From: Oopsacas minuta
Taxonomy: Eukaryota > Animalia > Porifera
NCBI GenBank assembly: GCA_024704765.1
Contig: JAKMXF010000022.1
Span: forward strand, 697,055-761,054
Reading direction: 5' to 3'
DNA length: 64,000 nt
The position numbers and the translations under genes are program-made. Positions 1-11,328 of the stretch are shown one piece after another; position 1 is the first letter of the stretch, and each line of letters opens with the position of its first letter. The notes under the pieces are model-generated. The model was not told the origin of the DNA. It did no database searches and saw only the letters and a program-made list of their open reading frames with translations.

Positions 1-368
1 CAATTGTGTAAATATGTTACCATGAAAACAACCAACTTTTGCTCCCTATGTTATACTGAAATGTATAGCCGTGGACTATTACAAATTATTATTTATTTGT
101 TTTCATACATTCTCTGTCTCTACAGCCAGCAGCTTTACATCAAAGTTCTTTAGCGAATCCTCCCTTTAGACCTCAGTAGAGACAATTCGACAACTTCATT
201 GAAAAGATCATGCCCACTCAAATATAAACAGGATAACTTGTGTTTAGCATGTTTGTTTGCTAAACTGTGTTCATTATACTGAGCACAATGTGCATGTTCA
301 GCCTAGATTCGATATTCATCTAACTATTATTTGAGTATATATTTAGTTATCACAGTTAGCTAGTTGCA

Positions 369-1106
369 ATGCAGACTGATGACGTAATCTGGGGATTAAT
401 TAACAAGGGCTTCTGTTCTTTCAAGGCTCCTAATCGTCCTCTCACATTCTGTAAGAACAAATACAACCTTACAGGTATCTGCTCTAAAAGCATGTGTCCG
501 CTAGCTAACAGTAGATACGCTACAGTACGTGAACATAGAGGTATGATTTATTTGTATATGAAGACGATAGAGCGATCACATCTTCCTTCTAAATTGTGGG
601 AGAGAGTTAAACTGTCTAGAAATTATGAAAAAGCTCTGAAACAAATAAACGCTCATCTTATCTACTGGCCTAAGTACATGATCAATAAGTGTAAACAGAG
701 ATTAACCAGGATTACTCAGTACTTGATTCGAATGCGGAAATTGAAATCTCGCAAAACTGAGAAGATTATCCCCATCAGTCGGAGGACTGAGAAACTTGAA
801 AAGAGGAAGGAATTACGCGCATTAAATGTAGCTCAGCTAGACACAGCGATTGAAAAACAGCTGCTCAACAGACTTGAGACTGGAGTGTACGGAGATATTT
901 ATAACTTTCCTGAGAAAGAATTCATAGAACAGGTGGTTTCAGATACGGAGAGTGAGACAGAGTTTGTAGCAGATGATGAGATTGAGGAATCAGAAACATC
1001 TGATGTGGAAGATGTGAAATCTATCCAATCAGAACCTGATTTGGAATATGAATACGAAGTAGAAGGATTGCCTAAAGGCAAAAAGATTAAATTACTAACG
1101 AATTGA
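369..1106 (+). CDS. MAK16: MAK16 ribosome-biogenesis protein, intronless, 245 aa
   Basis: N-terminus [44 protein letters not shown] and [15 protein letters not shown] match the MAK16/L28e-like family; acidic tail; AATAAA at 1135-1140. Confidence 0.96.
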   Translation: MQTDDVIWGLINKGFCSFKAPNRPLTFCKNKYNLTGICSKSMCPLANSRYATVREHRGMIYLYMKTIERSHLPSKLWERVKLSRNYEKALKQINAHLIYWPKYMINKCKQRLTRITQYLIRMRKLKSRKTEKIIPISRRTEKLEKRKELRALNVAQLDTAIEKQLLNRLETGVYGDIYNFPEKEFIEQVVSDTESETEFVADDEIEESETSDVEDVKSIQSEPDLEYEYEVEGLPKGKKIKLLTN

Positions 1107-1315
1107 TTTTAAATATTATTAATAGTACTAGTCAAATAAACAAGTTTGTATGGCAATCTGCGATTTCGCCAACATAACTAATTGAACGTTTGTATTTTCT
1201 TGTACTCCAAACTGCTGGTGAGTTTACCACACAAAATGTGATTATATTTCTGACACAAACGTAGACCATCTTATTAGTATTACCCCCTAAACTATTCACT
1301 GGAATAAAGCACAAG

Positions 1316-4300
1316 ATGGGAGATAAGAGAAAGTTACAAGCTGAGATTGAACGAACATTAAAAAAAGTTCAAGAAGGCGTTGACCAATTCGATGAAATAT
1401 TTGGGAAAGTACAAACTGCAGCTAACAATAATCAAAAAGAAAAGTATGAAGGAGAACTCAAGAAGGAGATAAAAAAGCTCCAAAGAATGAGAGACCAAAT
1501 CAAAGCCTGGGCAACTTCGAATGACATCAAGGATAAAAAACCCTTACAAGAGTCACGAAAAAGAATCGAAGCGCAAATGGAAAAATTCAAAGTTATCGAG
1601 AGAGAAACAAAAGCCAAACCTTTCTCGAAAGAAGGACTTGGGATGGCAGCTAAGGTAAAGTTTCCTACCTAGAATATTTCTAAAATTTCTATTTTCTCCA
1701 TAAATATTAACATTTCTACTTATATAGGTGGATCCTATGCAAAAGGAGCAAGAAGAGTTGAATGATTGGCTGACGGAAACAATTTACAGACTCAATGTAC
1801 AAGTAGACCAGTTTGACTCGGAAATTGACAGTTTGTATGTGGGCAGTAAGAAAAAGAAACTGGACAGAGATAAGCAAGAGACTGTAGATGAACTGACAAA
1901 TAGGAAAGAAAAACACAAGTTCCACATACAGGTACGACCTTATCTTATTTACCATGCTAATACATTTCACTATGGGTCTGAATCTTTCTAGGAAAACTGC
2001 TCTAGTGGTTGCCCCAATTTAGCGGAATCGATTTTATTATATTTTCATTCAATTACAGTCAACAACTCCTGTTATATCGAAGCTAATGGGATGGCGATAA
2101 TTACTTCGATATAACCGAAGTTTATTTTACTTTGACTGTTTGGGAGCATATTTGGATAAATATCAAACTTCGATATTAGCAGGTATTTCCATAGGCGTAT
2201 CTGGGGGGAGCGAGGGGGCAATGCCCCCAAAAATTTTTTATGAAATGAGAAAAAATAAATGGCTATTTTTCATATTGTTGCTCTCGAGTTACTGGAAATT
2301 TATCTCGGTTCTCTTTACTACAAAACCATAATATTTTCTCTGTTTGTATGCATGTATATAAAATAATGAATGGTGTATTGAAATATTTCACCCTTTTGCC
2401 CCCAATATAGTTTCTCTAGGTACGCTCATGGGTATTTCTATATATTCGAGTTCGATATAATGAGAGTTGACTGTACACTTGGCAATTACTAATATTAAAT
2501 ATTGGTTTGCAGCTCTGCATCCAATTTTGTTTGAACACATTCGCAACGGAGTGACCCACCGGTGGGTCACAGAGATTATAATTTGCCTTGATGATATTAT
2601 TTCAGTATGTTAATCATCCTATAGTTAATGTTAAGTTCTATTGAATTAGCTATACTAGGGTCTTGACCTAAAATTTCTATGACAGAAAAAGTAGACATAT
2701 TTCCCAAGAAATTCCAAATTTCGTAGATTTGTTAGAAAGAGGGTAAAATAATAATCTCAAAAAGTGATTTTTATAATTTTCTGATGCCTCTCGTGAGTCA
2801 GCATTTTGTATAGCTTCACTTTTCGGGGGCCGTTGCGAGCGTGTTAATTTTACCTTGAAGGTTGATTAATGCAGGTTAATCTTGTACCTCATAATTACAC
2901 TGTAATATAATCTTTTAATTTATTATCATTTAAGGCATCAATTACTCATTATAGCGTTTCAATTAACACTGTTAATAATATCACTTATGCAATTTGATAC
3001 ATCTTTATCCAAAACCTGATACCTGTTCCATTCCGTACTATTTATAATTATTACATACATAAACAGTTAATTAATTCCTTAGATGTAATATGTTATATCG
3101 AATTACTCTAACTATTTTAAATTTAGAATACAATTAATTGAATTAAAATTCTAGGCTTTGGAGACAATATTACGTCGTCTTTTCAATCATTCTGTCTGTC
3201 TGGATAAAATTCGCGCAATTCAACAGAACGTAGATTACTATACCGAATGCTGTAGAGAAGGAAATTTCATAGATAATGATGACGTATACGATGAATTACA
3301 GCTGTCAATGGATGATGCACAAGCAGCTCTACACGGGAGTGTATTCGCTGAAGATGAAATTTTGTCTGTCCAGGCCTCACCCACCTCTCTGCAAGTAGCA
3401 CCGCCCATGTCTCCAGCTAGTAAAACAGCTCCTAAGGAAGAGATACCTTGGAAAATGGATATCACAACAGCTGTTGATAACCACCCCTCCCCAAGAAAGC
3501 CTTCAACTGGTACCAGGGGCTCCACGAGCAGTACAAGTGGTACAACTCAACAAACACTTAAGGCAACAGGAAAATCGATTCTCCCTACTACTAAAACAAA
3601 CCACAATCCACCTCTAACAAAGTCCCAGTCCAACCCTGGTCCCTCCTCCACCCCTTCAGTAGTCCCCCCTCCTGTCCGATTGCCTTCCACAAAACCAACC
3701 TCTGCAGGCTACGCGTCGGTAGCTGGTAGCGGACTACAGACTACTGCTATAAATAACCCTCTATATCAAACACAACCACAACCTCCATTAACCCAAACTC
3801 AGACTCATTCCCAATCTCACCATTCTACAGCCGTCTCTACCTCTCTCCCCACCCCATCCCTCCCGATACCTATACCTTATTCTGTGACTCTCTCGTCAAG
3901 TGACGTCACTGCTGAGGACCCCGGACGCCCAACTGGTTCCTCCTCCTTGCCAAAAGAGCCCATGTCCTTGGCACAACAAGCCGCACGTGCAGCTCGCCTT
4001 CCATCTTCTGTCCCTATAACTTCTACAAAACTTCCTCAGAGAACTCCTCCCTCTTCTCTGTCCATCCCTCTACACCAAGCATCTGTCCCTCAACAAGCTA
4101 CCCTCAAATCTTCCTCTCTTCCCTTCCAGCAAGAACCCAAACAGGTTCCTCTAGGCTCCACCCCCTCTCACGAGCCTCCCTCCTTAATCAACTACGCCAA
4201 GCAACCATCAGCTCAAACCAATATTACTCCTATAGAAACTACAAGTTATACTCATAGCAGTACTTGGAACCATTCAGCATTTTCTACACCCTTACAGCAC

Positions 4301-6871
4301 AACCTCGGTTCATTCCCTCCACCGGAATCTCTCAATTCTAGAATGCACTCTATTGAGCTAGGAAGGGACGATGTCAATCCAGAGACCCTCTTCTACACCC
4401 CGCTAACAGATCCTCCTTCTAGATTTGAGTTACTAGCAAAGGAATCTTCAATGAATGCAGCTTTCTCATCTCCTGGCAATTTTCCCTGTTCAGCACTGCC
4501 TCATATCCCAAGCACAGCTCACCCAGCTATGCCACAGACTTATCCTGACAGGTAACTTTGTCTTACAGGTAGATAAAAGAGCGGGACTAACGGTTGTATA
4601 ATTTGAAATTTTTCGGGACGTAGCATATTAGTAATCTGAAACGAACCATAGTACACAAAATAATACGATTTTGGGCCCATTTTTGTGGCAATAACGACCC
4701 AACAAGCCATCATTTGTCAGAAAATACGATAAATAGGGTCAACTGCCGTTATATCCGTGTTCCATACATTGAAATGCCAGCTTAATGCAAGTCTGAATTG
4801 TACAATTATGGTCCCAAAAGTTTAAAGTAACATACTTTATTTCTTCGGTTATATCAAAGTAATTATCATAGTTCCTTCATCTTCGATATAACCTGAGTTG
4901 ACTGTCCTATATTTGTATTGATTAGTAGAAAACCTCATAACATACTTCTGTTAATTATTATTCAGTTACAAATTCAATATATCTAGATCCTTATTATCTA
5001 ATCTGCACATTCCTGCTGGTAACCAGGATCTAGAAGACCTGTCAGATTCAGATACTTCTCCAAGCTCTCTCAAACAGATAGCTAGCAGAGCTCTACAGAA
5101 GGCTGGTATAGATCAGCCTGGCAACTCACCTTATAGTCAACTGGAATCTATCAAAGAGACTAGAGAGAGCATTGCGTCTCTCTCAGAGGAATCAGATGAG
5201 AGACAAGGTGGTACTCTCCTTCAACCTATTGAAAGCTTGTCTCGCTTGTCAGACGGCCTGGACATACCAGAAAGCAATCCAGGTTTGTTTATATGTAGAT
5301 ATATGTAAATGAAAGTGTCTTCTCGTATTTATAGCTCTAACAAACGAATACATTTATTGTTGTATGAGTCCCTAATAGCAATAATAATAATAATAATAAT
5401 ACTATCTTCAATGTCACTAATCAGATTTATTCAGAGATATTTCAGACAAGCCTATAACATCGCTCATGCACTTGATGACGTAGGTAATCCTTATGGTTCT
5501 AAGCGAGTTTTATGGGATTTCAAAAACCCTAAGACTGTAGACGAGTGGATGTTTACATCTGACAGGGAAATGACAGGGGGCTCTTGGTTGAGGTTCGAGA
5601 GGAGCAGTAATGGGAGGGCTGTCCTCCATGGAGATCTCTCCACCACTGTTCCTGTGGGGACAGATTTCCTTTACAGCGGATATGGTGCTGTTCAGTCCCG
5701 GAAATTAGAAGCGGATTTATTTGACAGGGGTGTGTGGGATTTGTATGAATATGATGCGTTTGAAATAAAGTTACGAGGTGATGGGAGGAAGTATATCGCG
5801 TTTCTAACCATGGATGGGACAATGACTGAAGATGTATGGCACCACTTTATTTACACTCGTGGTGGTCCCTACTGGGAGACTGTGACACTTCCATTTAAGG
5901 ACTTTCTGTTCACAAGCAGAGGTTACCTTCAAGACAAAGAATACTTCTTTGCAACTTCATTAGTTAAAACTGTGGGAATACTGATAGCAGATCGTGTTAA
6001 TGGACCTTTTAAACTAGAGATCGATTCTGTATGTGCAGTACATCAAGAATTCCCAAATGATCCTTATCATGAGGAATTTCAAGGAGATAATTATTCACAG
6101 CCAACAAAGTTTATTTCCAAAACTCATATGTAGATAAATTCGATCAATTTAATCTTCTACATTTCCAATTCCTAATAATTATCCTTTATATTAATGCAAT
6201 ACGTGTCGATAATCTAATAATTTGGAAATTATCAATTGGATGTTATATTCTATGATATAACAATATTTTTCCTGTTTTATCCTATAGGAGAGAGTGTGTT
6301 GAATTCAGAATTACATCATTCAGATTTGAAGGATGATCCTCAGACTATAGTAGCTGTTGGAAATCAAGAATCTGATGAGACATTGTTGACCCCTTTACTT
6401 GGTGTGTCTCCTCTCGGTTCGGTACCCATCACCCAGGAGATGACCCTCCAAACATACATGTTAGAGTCTAGTGCCAGGCACGTACCTCAGCTAGCGGATT
6501 CAGAACGTGTGAGACAGTACATCCAGAGGACACCTGTCCCTAGTGCTCTATACCACCATACACAGCCTCCTGCCTTCTTCCATTCCAATGAGTTCTTCAA
6601 CAGACTCTCTCCTGAAACTCTATTTTTCATATTCTACTATCAAGAAGGAACCAAAGCACAGTACCTAGCAGCTAAAGCTCTCAAAAAGCAATCTTGGAGA
6701 TTCCACACAAAGTACATGATGTGGTTTCAAAGACATGATGATCCCAAGAAGATCACAGATGAGTTTGAGATTGGAACCTATATCTACTTCGACTATGAGA
6801 AGTGGACACAACGAAGGAAAGAAGGATTCACGTTTGAATATAAGTTCCTAGAAGATAAGGAGCTGAACTAA
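1316..6871 (+). CDS. CNOT3: CCR4-NOT subunit 3; exons 1316-1654, 1728-1931, 3155-4551, 4987-5282, 6288-6871; 939 aa
   Basis: Not3 N-terminal domain ([39 protein letters not shown]), P/S/T-rich linker, [10 protein letters not shown] segment and C-terminal NOT box ([34 protein letters not shown]). All four GT-AG introns are phase-compatible; total 2820 nt. Confidence 0.93.
2056..2473. mobile_element. Tc1/mariner (pogo-like) MITE in CNOT3 intron 2
   Basis: TA flanks; ends CAGTCAAC(AA)CTCCTGTTATATCGA and TCGATATAATGAGAGTTGACTG; same family as 4785-4904 and 39473-39647. Confidence 0.8.
2190..2430. mobile_element. hAT-type MITE nested inside the 2056-2473 MITE
   Basis: Perfect 8-bp TSD GGTATTTC (2182-2189, 2431-2438); imperfect inverted ends CATAGGCGTATCT / AGGTACGCTCATG. 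Confidence 0.8.
4785..4904 (-). mobile_element. Partial MITE of the CAGTCAACTC family in CNOT3 intron 3
   Basis: Reverse complement aligns with the first ~115 bp of the 39473-39647 element (TIR, GATAATTACTT.ATATAAC, TTGGGACCATAATTGTACAATT). Confidence 0.7.
5411..6133 (+). CDS. NDUFAF1: Complex I assembly factor NDUFAF1/CIA30, intronless, nested on the same strand in CNOT3 intron 4 (5283-6287)
   Basis: CIA30 motifs [70 protein letters not shown]. Likely start is ATG 5411 (basic presequence-like [12 protein letters not shown]); the ORF track extension from 5309 runs through an (ATA)n tract. Confidence 0.92.
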   Translation: MSLIRFIQRYFRQAYNIAHALDDVGNPYGSKRVLWDFKNPKTVDEWMFTSDREMTGGSWLRFERSSNGRAVLHGDLSTTVPVGTDFLYSGYGAVQSRKLEADLFDRGVWDLYEYDAFEIKLRGDGRKYIAFLTMDGTMTEDVWHHFIYTRGGPYWETVTLPFKDFLFTSRGYLQDKEYFFATSLVKTVGILIADRVNGPFKLEIDSVCAVHQEFPNDPYHEEFQGDNYSQPTKFISKTHM

Positions 6872-7626
6872 TCAGAAAGTGCCTTTTAATGGAACATATT
6901 GATTTGTCAGCGGTTGCTTTTGTGTAAATATACGGCTGTGGGATTGCATGAGCTTTAATCTTGTTCTATTGTTAGATCAGTTATGTATGTCAATTCAACA
7001 TAATTCCTTCACTTAATTGTCAAGTTTAAATTATGTTGTCAATGTGGCAATGAATTCATTAATAGAGTAGACTATAGATGATGAACTGTACTGAATTGTA
7101 AATGAGAAATGGATATTGCACAAAACCACCTAAGAAATATTTTCTTAACCTCTGCTAGTGATATGAAGAAGAGGCTGTCTTTTTCCAATAGAGAGGTAGT
7201 CATTAATAACTATTAGAGTAGTATTATAATTCGCAGTTTCAACTTACCATTATTGCTCTGCATTCTATGTATCCCATTGATTAGAATATGGATATAACAT
7301 TTTGTCTGCTTATTTCGAAGATTTATCTAGATTTATCTTAGATATTTACCGTGCTGTGACTAAACTTACACAACACATGCCAATATTTAAAATTTTGTAA
7401 CTCTGCCGAATCCTTAAATTCAACCTAGACAAAAAATCATTGAGTTTATTATACAGTCAACTGGTCAACCGTTTGTCCTCTATATAACTCGTATTTACTA
7501 CTAAGATATATTTCAATCGGAAATTCCAGTTGGAATACCGATTGTCTTAATCATGTGAGTCGTTCACGTGTGAATACAATGTGAAAGTATAAATGACTTC
7601 CTCTATTTACCAACCTCGTTAGCTAC

Positions 7627-8766
7627 ATGGCGGTTAGTTCCCTGTATGAAGGTCTAGAGGTTGAGACTAAGAGACCTTCCATGTCAGGAGGAGACTCAGC
7701 TGACATTGGTTGGTTCCATGACGATACCTCAAGAATGAAATTTATGACCAGTCAACTACAGAGAACTAAAATACTCAAAGACAGACTTTACAGTCAACAG
7801 AATGCTAAATCTGATCAGCTGTATCCTGATGATATCAAACCCCCGCGTGACGTCACAGTCCCACCTGTAAACTCACCAAATCGATCTCCTATGATTACTA
7901 AGATACATCCCATCACAGATGCTTATAATCCAATGCGTCCTAATGACTACGAAGATTTTGCAAGAGATCGTGCTATTCATCGAGAGATAGAACGTCTGGA
8001 GAGAATGAAGAAGGAGGAAGATGAGTTCAGACGGAAACAACTGGAAGATAAGAGGAAGAGAAAACACAGGAGGAGGTCTCATAGCAGTAGTGATAGTGAG
8101 GGAGAACATAGGAGAGGGTTAAAGATAAAAGTAGGAGACGGTGCTGCTATTCCTCCTCCTCCTAACCTCTCTGATAAGATATCTGTTGACAGACCAGAGA
8201 GTGGTAGTATCGATCAGATATCTGATGGTATTGGAAAAATAGCACAAGTACCTAAAGGCCTATCAGTAGCAGCTAACATAATGTCTAAGTACGGTTGGAA
8301 GGAAGGTATGGGTCTAGGTAGAGAGAGTCAGGGCATTAGTACTGCTCTGGTAGTGGAGAAGACGTCTAGACGTGGAGGTAAGATTCTCAAAAACTCACTC
8401 TGTGCAGAAGCTATGGCTCAACAAGAGAACTCAGCTCAAGCACTAGAAGAACTGAAGCATCCCACTAAAGTATTACTACTACAGAATATGGTGGGACGGG
8501 GTCAGGTAGATCCAGAGCTAAATGAAGAGGTAACCGAAGAGTGTAGGAAGTATGGAGAGGTAGTAAAGACTGTTATATTTGAAATACCAGAAGGTGTACC
8601 TGAGCAAGAGTCTGTGAGGATTTATATAGAGTTTACTAGAAACGAATCTGCTATAAAAGCTTTTGTTGATCTGAATGGAAGATATTTTGCTGGTAGAATT
8701 GTTAAAGGTTCTTTCTTCGATGAAGAGAGGTTTGCTAAATCGGATTTGGGACCTATCCCAGTTTAG
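7627..8766 (+). CDS. RBM17: Splicing factor 45 (G-patch + UHM), intronless
   Basis: SF45 motif YNPMRPNDYE, G-patch (AANIMSKYGWKEGMGLGRESQGISTAL), C-terminal UHM (VLLLQNMVG..DLNGRYFAGR). Confidence 0.95.
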   Translation: MAVSSLYEGLEVETKRPSMSGGDSADIGWFHDDTSRMKFMTSQLQRTKILKDRLYSQQNAKSDQLYPDDIKPPRDVTVPPVNSPNRSPMITKIHPITDAYNPMRPNDYEDFARDRAIHREIERLERMKKEEDEFRRKQLEDKRKRKHRRRSHSSSDSEGEHRRGLKIKVGDGAAIPPPPNLSDKISVDRPESGSIDQISDGIGKIAQVPKGLSVAANIMSKYGWKEGMGLGRESQGISTALVVEKTSRRGGKILKNSLCAEAMAQQENSAQALEELKHPTKVLLLQNMVGRGQVDPELNEEVTEECRKYGEVVKTVIFEIPEGVPEQESVRIYIEFTRNESAIKAFVDLNGRYFAGRIVKGSFFDEERFAKSDLGPIPV

Positions 8767-9184
8767 ACTTTTGATAATAAATTCTACTGATTCATTAATT
8801 TTTCGGATTTATATGGTCTACGGATAGCTAACAGAAATATATCGCATCCCTCGAATACATGCTAGATCAGGATTAATCCATTAACCAAAAATTTGTATAA
8901 TCTTTTATAAATTTAATTAATTCAATAATGGCCCAAGAAGATCCTGACTCTACTTTCATAGTAGTCTAGTCTCTCTGTACATTTTAATCGATTAATAGAT
9001 TATGATATGTAATTCCTAATATGCGATTAATCATTTTGTCTTCCGCTGAAGTACATAGCTAGAAATTACTACCCACTCCGGATACTATTCGAGCTATACA
9101 GTAATACCTAAATTGTCTCTCAAATCGTAATACCCTCTATTATTCATATTGTATTAGCATCTAATCTATCAGCGAGATAACAAC

Positions 9185-10141
9185 ATGCAACAACCGCCTG
9201 AAAAGCTACGTTTCGTAGGGAAATTAGTCGGTCATAACGGGTGGGTAACTCAAATAGCTAGCAGTGCTGCTCAGCCGAACAGATTAGTATCAGCTTCTAG
9301 AGACAAGACACTAATGGTATGGAACCTAACTAAATCTGATGACAACTACGGTACTCCTATAAAATCGTTAAAAGGACACAGTCACTTCGTCTCTGACGTA
9401 GTCATGTCTACTGATGGAATGTTTGCCCTGTCCGGTTCATGGGACAAATCTCTACGTCTCTGGGATTTGAACCAGGCTACTACTCGCTGCAAGTTCTACG
9501 GACATAAGAAGGATGTTTTGAGTGTAGCTTTCTCAGCTGATAACAGACAAATAGTGTCTGGCTCCAGAGACAAAACAATGAAAATATGGAATACATTAGG
9601 ACTCTGTAAATACACTATTTCTGATGACCAACACACAGACTGGGTATCTTGTGTGAAGTTCTCCCCAAATGTGCATGTGCCTATAATCGTGTCATGTGGA
9701 TGGGATAAGTGCGTTAAAGTTTGGAATCTTAGCAATTGTAAACTCAAAACTAACCATTACGGACATAACAATTTCTTGAATACAGTAACTGTATCTCCTG
9801 ACGGGTCTCTGTGTGCTTCTGGTGGTAAAGACACTAGCTGTATGTTATGGGATCTGAACGAGGGAAAGCATTTATACACGTTACCAGCTGAAGATACCAT
9901 AAACTCTCTCGTGTTCTCTCCTAACCGTTACTGGCTAACAGCTGCTGTAGGACCGTCTATAAAGGTGTGGGATCTGGAGAGTAAGGAGCTGGTAGACTAC
10001 GCTAAGCCTGATATCCTTGGGGAGGGGACATTAGGAGCACCTGAGGTCCTGTCGCTTGCCTGGTCCTCAGATGGACACACCCTATTCGCTGGATATTCAG
10101 ATAATATTATCAGAGTTTATGAAGTGACTGGTAGACCGTAA
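9185..10141 (+). CDS. RACK1: RACK1 WD40 ribosomal scaffold protein, intronless
   Basis: [39 protein letters not shown], seven WD40 repeats, SPNRYWL. Confidence 0.97.
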   Translation: MQQPPEKLRFVGKLVGHNGWVTQIASSAAQPNRLVSASRDKTLMVWNLTKSDDNYGTPIKSLKGHSHFVSDVVMSTDGMFALSGSWDKSLRLWDLNQATTRCKFYGHKKDVLSVAFSADNRQIVSGSRDKTMKIWNTLGLCKYTISDDQHTDWVSCVKFSPNVHVPIIVSCGWDKCVKVWNLSNCKLKTNHYGHNNFLNTVTVSPDGSLCASGGKDTSCMLWDLNEGKHLYTLPAEDTINSLVFSPNRYWLTAAVGPSIKVWDLESKELVDYAKPDILGEGTLGAPEVLSLAWSSDGHTLFAGYSDNIIRVYEVTGRP

Positions 10142-10246
10142 TCCTGGAAACAAGTTGGTATCTTAGGAATTAGTAGTTAGAATTAATTGAGATTCAGTTA
10201 TCTTATTAGGCTCAATGATAGTTTTGTTCAGGGATCTTAATTACGG

Positions 10247-10644
10247 CTAGATGTTGGTATAGTATAATGTTTTATTTGTTAATTGTATTCAATTAGTAAA
10301 TGTTATACGTACATACTGTTGCGAACTCTATGTGTTATCTCATTGGCTATGCCGGTTCCTCTGCTCTAGATAATACAGAAATTTTAGCTGAACTAAAAAG
10401 TACAACCATAGAAGCTACCTTTGCAGAATGGGTTTTGTGATTAAGCATAATTATGACTTATGGATGTGTATTTGCTAGAAATCTTACTCAGATGCCTTAG
10501 CTGGACTCCCAGCTGTTGGCTAGACCATTTTGTTCCCCCAAGTGGTTGCACGTACATTATACCAAATTCATTTTACAAGCCTTACGTATTTGGGAAATTT
10601 TGATATTATCTCTATCTATCAAGGTACTTTAGTATTCACTAAAC
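10247..10644 (+). repeat. Duplicated non-coding segment (copy 1), near-identical to 14017-14414
   Basis: Direct alignment from CTAGATGTTGGTATAG onward; only two substitutions seen over ~400 bp. Confidence 0.9.
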
Positions 10645-10720
10645 CAGTGGTTCCCAAAGGGGGCTCAAACGCCCCCCGGGGGCGTTTGCTTGCCTGAGGG
10701 GGTGCTGAGAAGATAATAAG
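10645..10720 (+). mobile_element. Left end of a hAT (Charlie-like) element, truncated
   Basis: Starts CAGTGGTTCCCAAA; internal 23-bp near-palindrome at 10666-10688; absent from the duplicate copy at 14414; no right TIR found nearby. A family-like right end GGTTGAGAACCACTG occurs at 30478-30492. Confidence 0.6.
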
Positions 10721-11328
10721 CCGTTGGATGAAGGTTTATTCTAACATCTGTAAATTTTACGAAATACTATTGTAATTATTATTATGTTGTGCACTTCACA
10801 CATAATAACAATTCTAACATGTTGCCCACAAGAAGAGCTAAGTATTCACCATTTCCAATCAATCAATGCTTTCAATGGTATCTTTTCTTTGTTTTGAATT
10901 AATAGTTCAGTCGGCTTCTTAACAAAGAAGTATCAATTTTTAGCTGAATTTATAATGCATTGTGCTTGTATTGCGTGTACATTGCTGTGTAATGTACATG
11001 TTATATACGCGCGCAATGTGCTCTCAGCTCATATACAATGGTTTTAATTACGTGTAGATGACATTGTTAGTGTATTTCATGACAATACTGGCATCTTATC
11101 CATTGGAACTTGAGGTGTCTAGACTTAATTTCAACAATAGGAACCATTTCCATACTGACTATACATGGATATTTCACAAGTTAAATCTATAAATACTCCA
11201 ATTAGGTTTATTTTGTTTACGTATACCCCTTACTTATTTGGGAAATTTTGATATTATCTCTATCTATCAAGGTACTTTAGTGCTAAACAGTTTCAAGATT
11301 TCTAATATCCTCAACTCTTCGTAAGGTT

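Noticed and set aside
126-179. Possible last exon of an upstream + strand gene (strong acceptor TCTGTCTCTACAG, then PAALHQSSLANPPFRPQ*)
   Set aside because: Too short to identify; the frame cannot be fixed without the previous window.
5309-5410. N-terminal extension of the NDUFAF1 ORF with a poly-Ile run
   Set aside because: Produced by an (ATA)n tract; ATG 5411 gives a more plausible mitochondrial presequence. Kept only as part of the possible fusion hypothesis.
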